From contig CAWGJT010000008.1 of NCBI GenBank assembly GCA_963822965.1, positions 102,829 to 166,828 on the forward strand: a stretch of DNA of 64,000 nucleotides. Reading direction: 5' to 3'. Made by a program: the position numbers and the translations under genes. Below, one piece after another: positions 33,116 through 44,834 of the stretch. Numbering within the stretch: position 1 is the first letter of the stretch; each line of letters begins with the position of its first letter. The DNA comes from an uncultured delta proteobacterium (GTDB taxonomy: Bacteria; Myxococcota_A; UBA9160; UBA4427). The notes under the pieces are model-generated. The model saw only the letters and a list, made by a program, of their open reading frames with translations, ran no database searches and was not told where the DNA came from.

Positions 33116-34556
33116 GGTAACAGGATTTCTGGAGATTCAGCGCGAGCAGCCTACGCGGCGCAAGCCTGAAGAACGCATCAAGGACTGGTTCGAAATCTAT
33201 GAGCCATTCCCTGAGGAGAAGCAGCGCGAGCAGGGCGCGCGTTGCATGGACTGCGGCGTGCCCTTTTGCCATACCGGTTGCCCGGTCAACAATCTGATCC
33301 CTGACTGGAACGACCTGGTCTACAACAATCGTTGGGAGACTGCAATCCGCAGGCTGCACGCGACCAACAACTTTCCGGAGTTTACGGGCCGCATCTGCCC
33401 TGCCCCTTGCGAGGCTGCCTGTGTGCTGGGCATCAATCAACCGCCAGTATCGATCAAGCTGATTGAGCGCTCGATCATTGAGCGCGCGTGGGACGAAGGC
33501 TGGATCCATCCTGAGCCGCCCGAGCAAGCAACCGGCAAGCGTGTCGCCGTGGTTGGCAGCGGTCCTGCCGGACTAGCAGCGGCGCAACAACTGCGCCGCG
33601 CTGGGCACTCTGTGACGGTGTACGAGAAGAACGATCGAGTTGGCGGCCTGCTGCGCTACGGCATTCCCAACTTCAAACTCGAGAAGCATGTCATCAATCG
33701 CCGCATTGAACAGATGCGCGCGGAGGGCGTGAAGTTTGTGACCAACGCCCATGTAGGAGTGAATGTTTCGGTTGAACAGTTGATGAGCCAGAACGAAGCC
33801 ATTCTGCTGTGTGGCGGATCCGAACAACCTCGCGACCTGAAGATTCCCGGGCGTGAATTGAAGGGCATTCATTTTGCGATGGAATTCCTGCCGCAGCAGA
33901 ACCATCGCAATGAAGGCGATGTGGTCGATCCTTCAACCGCCATTCTGGCAATCGGCAAGCGCGTGCTGATCATCGGCGGCGGCGATACCGGGGCTGATTG
34001 CCTTGGCACGAGCCATCGCCAAGGCGCCAAGAGTGTGCACCAGATCGAGATCATGCCCAAGCCTCCTGAAGAGCGTTCTCCGCGGACACCGTGGCCACTT
34101 TGGCCGATGCAACTTCGTACAGAGAGCTCGCATGAGGAAGGCGGAAATCGTGACTGGAGTGTCAATAGCATCAAGTTCACGGGCGACGAGAACGGAAACG
34201 TAAAACAATGGCACGCGGTCCGGGTTGGTCCGCCGCCGTCGTTTGAGGCAATTGAGGGTTCAGAGTTCGCCCTGGATGTTGATCTGGTTTTGCTGGCTAT
34301 GGGATTCCTGGGGCCGGTAAAGTCCGGCATGATCGAGCAACTGGGCGTGGAGTTGGACAATCGCGGCAACATTGCTACGACCGATTACATGAGCTCGGTT
34401 GAAGGCGTATTCGCCGCCGGCGATATGCGCCGTGGTCAGTCGCTGGTTGTCTGGGCCATCTCCGAGGGCCGCAAGGCTGCAGCCGCTGTGGATGCCTACC
34501 TGGCGTCCAAGACCGAAACGGGACCCTTGCTCCAGAAGGCTGAAAAGCACGCTTAA
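33108..34556 (+). CDS. gltD: glutamate synthase small subunit
   Basis: [58 protein letters not shown]. Confidence 0.95.
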   Translation: MGKVTGFLEIQREQPTRRKPEERIKDWFEIYEPFPEEKQREQGARCMDCGVPFCHTGCPVNNLIPDWNDLVYNNRWETAIRRLHATNNFPEFTGRICPAPCEAACVLGINQPPVSIKLIERSIIERAWDEGWIHPEPPEQATGKRVAVVGSGPAGLAAAQQLRRAGHSVTVYEKNDRVGGLLRYGIPNFKLEKHVINRRIEQMRAEGVKFVTNAHVGVNVSVEQLMSQNEAILLCGGSEQPRDLKIPGRELKGIHFAMEFLPQQNHRNEGDVVDPSTAILAIGKRVLIIGGGDTGADCLGTSHRQGAKSVHQIEIMPKPPEERSPRTPWPLWPMQLRTESSHEEGGNRDWSVNSIKFTGDENGNVKQWHAVRVGPPPSFEAIEGSEFALDVDLVLLAMGFLGPVKSGMIEQLGVELDNRGNIATTDYMSSVEGVFAAGDMRRGQSLVVWAISEGRKAAAAVDAYLASKTETGPLLQKAEKHA

Positions 34557-34585
34557 GGTGTTAAGCGACTCTTACAGCAGCTGAG

Positions 34586-34625
34586 AAACAGAAAGCCCGC
34601 ACAATGCTGTGCGGGCTCTCTGTTT
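34586..34625. terminator. bidirectional intrinsic terminator
   Basis: 18-bp stem AAACAGAAAGCCCGCACA/TGTGCGGGCTCTCTGTTT (1 mismatch) between convergent genes. Confidence 0.75.
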
Positions 34626-34668
34626 GGGGTGATGAATGATGCGAGCGGCGCTTCTGACTGATTCGAGA

Positions 34669-35211
34669 TTAATAGCCATATGCCGGGAGAGTCTGCAGCC
34701 TCGGTTTGGTTTCCGGTCTGCTTAGAACCTGGAGATCGCCGATGTCGGCTTCAAGCGAAAAACACTGATGAACTGCAGATAGAGAAATGATAACCTTGCA
34801 CTGCTTTCGTAGTTCGGTGACAGTGCCCTCGACACCTTCAAAAACTCCATCACGAATCCTGACTTTGGTGCCGACGCTGACTGTTGGATGAGGCCTGAGG
34901 CTCATTCCCGTTGCGAGCGCGGTGCGAATCTTTTCCAACTCTTCATCCTCGACCAGATGCCATTGCTGGTCTCCTAGAAGGCGCAAAACACCTGGGGTCG
35001 AAATGACGGGAATTTTGAAATCGGGCTGGAATCTGGCAAACACGTAGCCGGAAAAGAGAGGCCGTTCAGCAACAACCGTACGGTCTGTCCACTTTACCTT
35101 TTCACGATACATGGGGAGGTAGTGCTCAACCGACCGAATCTGTAGGTGCTGTGCAACTTTCTTCTCGTGATTGGAGAGGACATGCAGTACATGCCAGGAA
35201 CTGCTGTGCAT
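34669..35211 (-). CDS. NusG-paralog transcription antiterminator (UpxY/RfaH-like)
   Basis: WHVLHVLSNHEKKV, PLFSGYVF (NGN domain); GTKVRIRDGVFEGVEG (KOW). Confidence 0.88.
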   Translation of the reverse strand: MHSSSWHVLHVLSNHEKKVAQHLQIRSVEHYLPMYREKVKWTDRTVVAERPLFSGYVFARFQPDFKIPVISTPGVLRLLGDQQWHLVEDEELEKIRTALATGMSLRPHPTVSVGTKVRIRDGVFEGVEGTVTELRKQCKVIISLSAVHQCFSLEADIGDLQVLSRPETKPRLQTLPAYGY

Positions 35212-35668
35212 TGGTCGCTCCTAGGGGGATGAAATGGCCAGGGCACATAAATAAAGCGCAACAGTACAGCATCGGAATGCCGGGTTTGTTCCCATTTCGT
35301 TCTGAAGCCTTTGTACAGCGCTACATGTACGAAACTGCTGATGTTGAATTGGTATTTCGAATTCTGCGTAACGGATGAGCTGTTAAGAAAGACCGGGAAG
35401 CTGAACAGTAAGAAATTCTTCCCGAAGGACTTGCGTCATTTTGATGGACGTGTCGTGTACTACTAATGTCATCTTATAACGTTTCGGGATTCCGGAAGAT
35501 TACTGAGAGTCCCTTAAGTAACCCCTATTTGTGGAAATACCGGCGGAAACCGTTGGGCGAATATCTGGCGAACACGCTCCCTTCGATCATGATTTGGCTC
35601 GTGTCGGCTACACCGAAATGCCTCAGCAAGAGGCCTCCAGCGGATGATCATGACCTGTATCGGGGTCC

Positions 35669-36619
35669 TTATTTCCTCTTCTTCCTGGTCTGCAGATAGA
35701 GCACAGCCCCAGACAGGCTCGCCTTTAGGAGTACCCACCAATTGCTCTTGACTACATCTCCGGGATCTGGAGAATTCCCGGCCCAGGTTAAGGGTCTGTG
35801 CCGCATTCTCCTGAACAGAAACCGCAACAGGTCTCCACGATTTGAGGGAAACTCAGAATACAGAAGCATTGAATACGCAAATAGACTTCGTGCTTCCTTC
35901 TTCAGGTCCAGTTGGTTTTGCGATGTATGGTGTACAACCGCCGCGGGAATATGGACAGCGCAATAGCCCTGTGAGAGGAGTTGAGTGAAGGCATCGTGTT
36001 CTTCCATTCCATAATAAGGCGCACCTCTCCCGAGCCGCTCATCGGACATCTCCGAAAGTCTACATTCAGATTTGCGCAAGGACATATTGGTGCCAATTCC
36101 CAATCCCCCGAACGCTGCAACTTCAAACCAGCTCTGGGCATTCTTGTCCAAGAAACGCCGCTCCCCGGAAATTCTACCGTAAGGAGAATTTTCTGATGTG
36201 ACCACTTCGCCAGTGACAACAGCAACTCGTGGGTCGGAAAATGGCTCGGAGAGCAGATTGAGCCAATTCTCGTCCGGTACCGCGTCATCATCGAGATAGG
36301 CAACGATCTCCGATGTGCAGGAATCGAGGCCCCGGTTGCGAGCCCGACTCAATCCGATCGCCGGTTCAACAATGTAGCCGGCGGAGAACTCTTCCGCCAG
36401 GTCCTTAGTCCGTCTGTCTCCCGTGGAATTTTCGACAATCAGCACCTCATCTGGTAAACGCCTCAACTTTGAAATTGCAGCGAGGCAAGAACACAGAGCG
36501 ACCGGACGAAATCTTGTGCAAATGACGATCGAAATTGTCTCTCTCGGAATCTGAGGACAATCAGAAGCGGCAGATGGGGAAGGTTCGTGCATATCTGGCG
36601 GCTGGTTGGATTTGAACAT
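35669..36619 (-). CDS. family 2 glycosyltransferase
   Basis: ISIVICTRFR, GLSRARNRG, AYLDDDA, GIGTNMS. Confidence 0.88.
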   Translation of the reverse strand: MFKSNQPPDMHEPSPSAASDCPQIPRETISIVICTRFRPVALCSCLAAISKLRRLPDEVLIVENSTGDRRTKDLAEEFSAGYIVEPAIGLSRARNRGLDSCTSEIVAYLDDDAVPDENWLNLLSEPFSDPRVAVVTGEVVTSENSPYGRISGERRFLDKNAQSWFEVAAFGGLGIGTNMSLRKSECRLSEMSDERLGRGAPYYGMEEHDAFTQLLSQGYCAVHIPAAVVHHTSQNQLDLKKEARSLFAYSMLLYSEFPSNRGDLLRFLFRRMRHRPLTWAGNSPDPGDVVKSNWWVLLKASLSGAVLYLQTRKKRK

Positions 36620-37033
36620 ATATAGTGGCGAATTAGGCCTTTCTGCTATTGCGCTACGAATGAAACTGCTGGAGAGACGAGAGAGTTTACGATGTGAATC
36701 GAAAATTCACCTATCAGCTAGACTCTCAGCCGAGCTGCGCTCCCGTCAGAACAGGGTAACCAGAAGTGGGAACACTGCGCGATGGACCTTGACACTCATT
36801 TTGGGTGTTGTGACAATGAATAACAGCGCAACTTTCAGAGTACAGGAAGAACTGTAAGTTGCGACCGGTTTCGAGGTCTACGGTCCGCTTCGATTCCCAG
36901 GCATTTTTGTGTTCTTCGGTCCTTTCAGGCGACCTTGGCCCATTGACGTGAATTGCCTACTTTAAGCGGCGATGGACCGGGCGTCTTGAGAAATTTTCCC
37001 CCTGAATTCTCTGGAACGACTGCCGTTATAGAG

Positions 37034-38314
37034 ATGAAGAGAATGCGAATCCTGATTGATGAATTTTGTTGCCACGCCTATCCCCTAGAACTGAGTCGTG
37101 ATCTGGCTCGACGTGGCCATACAGTGCTTCATGTGTCTTTTGCTGATAATCATTCCACTCCCAAAGGACAACTACAGCTTCGTCAGGGTGCCCCTGCTGG
37201 ACTGACGATCTAGGGGCTGCATATCGCCCGAGAGTTTTCGAAGCATTCAATTCCTACAAGGCGGCAGTCTGATATTGAGTATGGAAATGTATCCGCAGAC
37301 CTCGTTAAATCTTTCAAGCCTGATGTCGTGCTATCAGGAAACATGCCTTTGAACAGTCAGAAATTTCTGATTCGTGCCGCGCGCAGCGTAAACGCTCGAT
37401 TTGTATTCTGGCTTCAAGATGTAGATTGCCTTGCTGTATATTTCGTGCTGCAACGAAAATCAAAGTTCCTCGCCTGGGCCGGTCACGCCTACTTCAAACG
37501 CCTGGAAAAGATCCTGCTTACTGAATCCGATGCGATCATCTGCATCTCCCGGGGTTTCGTGGAGACCATTTGGTCATGGAGCGTCGAAGGACCGAATGTG
37601 CATTTGCTTGAAAACTGGGCCCCACTTGATGAAGTAAGGCCTTTGCCAAAGAAGAATGCTTGGGCAATTGAACAAGGGGTTGCAGACGACTTTTGCTTTG
37701 TATATTCGGGAACGCTAGGTATGAAGCATAGACCGGAATTACTGCTAGAGCTGGCACGTCATCTTGAAAGAAATCAGAACGGAAAGTTACTTGTTGTTGC
37801 TGCAGGGGTAGGAGCCGAATGGCTGCACGAAAAAGCAAACGGTGTGAGTTCCGATGTCTTGAAGATGCTTCCCTTTCAACCTTGCGACCGTATCAGCGAA
37901 GTATTGAGTTCTGCCGACGTTCTCATCACTTTGCTTGATTCAGATGCAGGTGAATTTACGGGGCCGTCAAAGACCTTGTCTTATCTTTGTGCGGGCCGGG
38001 CGCAGATCATTGCTGCACCTGCCACGAACGAAGCGGCTCGGGTAGTGAAGCGAGCAGAAGCGGGCACTGTTGTGTCGTCGGATAGTCCAATCGAATTTCT
38101 TGAGGCCGCCAAGCTCTACCTGAAGGACAGAAAGCTCTGTGTGGAATGCGGCAGGAACGGCCGCGCGTACGCCGAGCGTACATTCAACATTGACCGGATC
38201 ATCGACAGAATTCTTTCCATACTTAGTCCCAACCTGGCTGGGACTACTGATAGGAAAGGCAATTCCAGAACATTGGATGTAATTTCTTCGATTGATTCCA
38301 CCGGTACACTTTGA
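37034..38314 (+). pseudogene. family 4 (WcaI-like) glycosyltransferase with an in-frame TAG at 37211-37213
   Basis: ORFs 36953-37213 and 37328-38314 share one frame; FWLQD, ENWAP, YSGTLGMKH, PSKTLSYL. Confidence 0.7.
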
Positions 38315-38326
38315 TCGGAGAAGTGA

Positions 38327-39364
38327 GTGAAAGAAATAGGCACGGTTGTTATCTTTGGCGGAACGGGCTTTATTGGAACGCACCTGGCTCAGCATTGGCT
38401 GCGTGAGAACCTTGCTGAAAAAGTCATACTTGTTGATCTGAATCCGCCCCGAAGTGAGTCTTACACCGCAGAGTTGCAAGCGGCCTTGAGCGACGGCCGT
38501 GCGGCCTATGTTCAAGGTGACGTGCGCAACCCCATCCCATGCGATTGCCTGCCAGAGACAGTTGATCTGATCTTTAACCTTGCAGCGGTGCACCGAGAGC
38601 CCGGCCACAAGCCGAACGAATACTTTGACACCAACATACAGGGAGCGAACAATGTTTGCGCCTGGGCTGCGGCCGTGAACTGCTCCAGGATTGTTTTTAC
38701 CAGCAGCATCTCACCCTACGGTCCCTCAGAAGAGATCAAGAACGAAGATTCGCAGCCATCTCCAGAAACTCCTTACGGCAAATCAAAACTTGCGGCCGAG
38801 CTGATTCATCAGGAATGGCAGGAGGCAGGTCCGCAGCGCAAACTTCTGATTCTGCGGCCGGGTGTTGTTTTTGGTCCGGGTGAAGGCGGAAACGTAACAC
38901 GGCTCCTGCGCATTGTTGTGAAGGGCTACTTCGTGTACATGGGAAATAGGCATACACGCAAGGCAGGAGGTTACGTTAAGGAACTTTGCCACGTTACACA
39001 ATTCGCGATGGATCATCAGGATCGGAATGGAGAGGCCTTCACTCTCCTGAACTTTTCTTTTAGTCCTACGCCGACGCTCGAAGACTTTGTAAACGCAATT
39101 CGAAGGACTGCCGGAGTGCACCGCCATCCTTTGAGCGTGCCGCGATCGCTTTTGCTGGGAGTGTCCTATCCGATTAACGCGGCAGCTCTTGTGTTTGGCA
39201 TTCAACAGCCGATTAATCCAGTGAGAGTTCGTAAACTCTATCGCTCCACATCAATTGATCCTAAGCGCCTACGTGATCTTGGTTATCGGTGGAAATACAC
39301 GCTCGATGAGGCATTTTCCGACTGGATGCGTGATCTGCCAGAGGACTTCAAGAGAAAGCGCTGA
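38327..39364 (+). CDS. NAD-dependent epimerase/dehydratase
   Basis: IFGGTGFIG, FNLAAVH, FTSS, YGKSK, RPGVVFG. Confidence 0.9.
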   Translation: MKEIGTVVIFGGTGFIGTHLAQHWLRENLAEKVILVDLNPPRSESYTAELQAALSDGRAAYVQGDVRNPIPCDCLPETVDLIFNLAAVHREPGHKPNEYFDTNIQGANNVCAWAAAVNCSRIVFTSSISPYGPSEEIKNEDSQPSPETPYGKSKLAAELIHQEWQEAGPQRKLLILRPGVVFGPGEGGNVTRLLRIVVKGYFVYMGNRHTRKAGGYVKELCHVTQFAMDHQDRNGEAFTLLNFSFSPTPTLEDFVNAIRRTAGVHRHPLSVPRSLLLGVSYPINAAALVFGIQQPINPVRVRKLYRSTSIDPKRLRDLGYRWKYTLDEAFSDWMRDLPEDFKRKR

Positions 39365-39414
39365 TTCTGATTGACTTTCAATTTGAGAAGACAAATTGCG
39401 TCTTGTCCGCACGA

Positions 39415-41240
39415 TCAAAAGCTAACCTTTCGTCCCGGAAACCAGGTTAGCTGAACAGTTTCGGCGGTCACGTTTTGTTGTCCTGGCAAATAGATTGGCG
39501 CTTCGTAGTGTTCGATCTTCAGGTCCTCTTTGATTTCCAGGTCCGTCTTGATGCGCTTTACTACCTGCACATTGAAGTCGTTCAACGTTATACCATCGGG
39601 AATAAAGTCCTTCGCCACTTTCTGATTGCGTGCACTGATCTGAATCCACTCTTTCCCGCTTATGTGATAAGTGATCCACGCCTGTCCACCTTCGCCCTCT
39701 CGCCCGATCCAATCGCCGAATAGTTGCCCGCTATTCGTGTATCCCTGTCGCTGGACTGCTTCACGATACATGAATTGTCCTCTGACGCTCGTAGTAATAG
39801 GAGGATCGGTCGAAACGGCTTCAACTCGAACGTCACGTTTTGGGATGCCCGGAACATGCGAGAGATAGATACCTGGGCGCCACGCAGCCCGGCGCGGAGC
39901 ATCTATTGGTGAGACGTCGTCGTGAACCTCGCTATCGCTCTAAAGCATTAGCCAATTGCGCACGAAGGGTACACGATACGAGAAGTCGAATGCGCCAAAT
40001 CGCGCGCCGGGATCCCTCACACTATTCTTCACGTCACCTTGAGGAGCGGTAACGCTGAAGAAGCTCCTCAAAAAGCTTTTGAGGTTGACTGGCTGATGAT
40101 CTTTACCGCCCCAAATCACGGTGCGTTCAAAGCCGAGCTCAAAGTTGTTCGTAGGGCGGAAGCTCACTTTTTCAATATGTACCCACGGATCGATAGGATA
40201 ACTGTGGCCTTTCAAGGGACCAATCATGAATTCGTATCTGAAAAGACCGGTGATGCTAGAGAGGCCGGGAATTTCAAACGGCTCAATGCGATTGATGCGA
40301 AACGAGTATAGGTTTTCGGCGTTGTTTGAATACGACATCGAACCACCGACAGCGGGGCTCTGCCAGAAATCCTGCTTGCCAAAAGAAATAACGTTGTTGA
40401 GGAGCTGAGTAGAAATATAGGCTTCAAGAAAGCGGCCAAGCGCGGCGGTTGCGATAGGCCCTGCCGGTATAGTGGCCTGCAAATTTGCGAGGAGCAGAAC
40501 GCAAGGCGAGCCGCTACTCCAGCAAGTGGCATTGAATTAATTCGTTGTTGTATCGATCACGGCATGTTGATCGGACAGCGCGGAAGAATAGCCAACAGCC
40601 GATGGAGAACTTTGAAACTCACCGCGCGCGTACGAGAGAAATCTGCCTGCTCTCGCGTACCCGCTGACACCGGAGTAGCTATTAAGGCCGTTAGCATAGG
40701 GGCGGCCAAAGTCATTCACGAATGTGGAGCCAAAATGGAAGCTATCGCGCAGGGGCGTGCCGCTGATGCCCCTTACCGTAGTGTACGTCGACTCAATCTC
40801 TGCGCTTCCTGGATCTGTGGGACAGTTGTCTGCCAAAATTCCTGGCGTAGTTCACGCTTAAGAGTATCGTAGATGCCTTCAGCTTCATCCTCGCCTGGTG
40901 ACTTGTCTGAATCAACAAGCATATCGCCTGTATCTTCAAGCATGTTACTGACACTCTCTCGAGTCCAGGGGCGCATATTCAGGTATGGATTACTCGCGTA
41001 GCCCAAGGCATAAAGACGGTACACTGCTGAATAGATCCAACTCTCCAATGGTATGTAGGGCGATCCCTGAGCATCGGAATCGCAGTTGTCTCACTCAGGC
41101 TCCGATGTCGGCCCGGGAAGGTTGGCACCAACAGTCGACGATGCCTGCGCTGCAGGGTTTACTGCTTGCACAATCACCAGATGCTCCGCGAGAAATACTG
41201 CAAAGCACATAAGAATCCATGCCCGCTGACTAATATTCAA
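39415..41240 (-). pseudogene. capsule assembly protein Wzi family, disrupted
   Basis: GSPYIPLESWIY, RPWTR, NDFGRP, FGKQDFW, ELGFERTVIWGG, GDWIGREG; three in-frame stops plus one frameshift. Confidence 0.75.
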
Positions 41241-41277
41241 ATTCTATTCCCCGGAAACTCTCTGCGTTGCTTTTGAT

Positions 41278-43253
<1,976 letters not shown>

Positions 43254-43345
43254 TATCTGCTGACTCCCCTATAAAGGATCGACTAATTGCGCATGAAATA
43301 CATGCATGCAATTGAGATTCGCCCCAAAGTATCTCGCTGAAACGC

Positions 43346-43645
43346 TTACCGGTGATTCTCGTGATAGATAGACTCGGTGACTTCAAGCATCTTATCAGCA
43401 ACTACATTGTAGTTAAAACAAGCATCGAAGCCTCTCCTACTGCAACTTCGCATCATTTGGATCTCTTCAGTAGACAACTGGAGCCAGTGATCAAATGCTT
43501 TCTGAGTGCTAATCGCAGTGTCTTCGCAAACCAATCCTGCTTGATGTCCGGCAATCTCACGCCAGATATTTACTTTATCTGAGATAATCACCGGGAGTCC
43601 GCATGCCAGGGCTTCCGCCACCACAATGCCGAAGTTCTCCTGATT
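43346..43645 (-). pseudogene. C-terminal remnant of a family 4 glycosyltransferase
   Basis: QENFGIVVAEALACGLPVIISDKVNIW; no glycosyltransferase-like sequence upstream. Confidence 0.75.
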
Positions 43646-43966
43646 CGGGCCGTGCAAGGAATTTGAAAGACATTTGCCTGACACGCGGCTGATGAAATCA
43701 ACTTCATAAGTAATTGATCAAAAACTGGTTATTTAAACCGAGTTTTCCACAGAGCGCGGGTTGTATTACATACTCTCTTACGACCCAGGTACAGATTTCG
43801 AACCACATCCCTCCTCCGACCATGCAACTTCTGCTTCTCGACGATTCCTTTCATGGTGATGAGGTTGCCCATCTTGCATTGGCGGCCGAAGTTGAGAATT
43901 GGGCCATTTGAAGGACTTTTGAGAGATCATTTAGCACTCGTGATAAAGTGCCATCAGGAGCCCGAA

Positions 43967-44834
43967 TTGGTTATCAGGAAAGCAGTTATAACCGCTGCGG
44001 GAAAGGGCCAGCGCACTCTGCCCCTTCAAAATCTCATCGACCGGGATGGGGTTGAAAAGTCACTTCTTCGAATTTTGATTGAACAGTCTCTTGCAGCCGG
44101 CATTGAAGATATCGCGGTGGTCGTGTTCCCTGGAGACGAGCACTCCTATGCACAGGGAGCAGGTTCCTATGCGAATTCTGTGACGTTCATTCCCCAGGAA
44201 GAACCGCGCGGATACGGACACGCCATCCACTGCGCCTGCAAGTTCACAGCGGATGACTCATTCCTTCACATCGTAGGCGATCATCTCTACGTCAGTTCGG
44301 GCGTGGTTACCTCGGCGGCCCGGATGGTCCAGCTTGCCCAAAAGGAGCGCTGCTCGGTAAGTGGAGTTCGCCTCACGCGGGAAGGTCTATTGGCGCGCTT
44401 CGGAGCTGTGGGAGGAAGGCGGACCTCTCAGCACAACAATATCTATCGCGTCGATACAGTCGTCGAGAAACCAACTCCGACCGAAGCTGAGCAACACTTA
44501 TTGGTTTCGGGAATTCGATCCGGCTACTATCTTTGCTTTAGTGGAATCCATGTGTTGACGCCGTCGGTGATGGAGATTCTGGACCGCAAGCTCGCGTCCG
44601 ATCACGAAGCGCGTGTCAATCTTGTGGATGCCCTATCTGTTCTCGCGCAGCAGGAACAGTACTTGGCGATCGAGGATAACGGGCGGCGCTACGATCTGGG
44701 CGCGCCGTACGGCTTATTAGTGGCTCAAATGGCGCTGGCCCAAACGGCCGCGATCGCAGTGAAGTTCTTCTGCAGGTATTGAACTCCTAGCTGACCGTGA
44801 GCTAGAAGGCAGTGGGCGAGGCGGAGAATTGTGA
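43967..44834 (+). CDS. GalU/GalF-like sugar-phosphate nucleotidyltransferase (3' frameshift)
   Basis: KAVITAAGKGQRTLP, QEEPRGYGHAI, VGDH, VEKP, YDLG; TTG start after AGGAG; reconstructed stop overlaps the next GTG. Confidence 0.8.

Noticed and set aside
32787..34556. Apparent GltB C-terminus/GltD fusion ORF (589 aa)
   Set aside because: A one-base shift near 33095 restores the usual ...EVLHG* end overlapping ATG GGT AAG of gltD; consistent with the window-wide indel noise.
39415..41240. Stop-codon reassignment in segment B
   Set aside because: All three stop types interrupt wzi, and neighbouring genes terminate normally with TAA and TGA.
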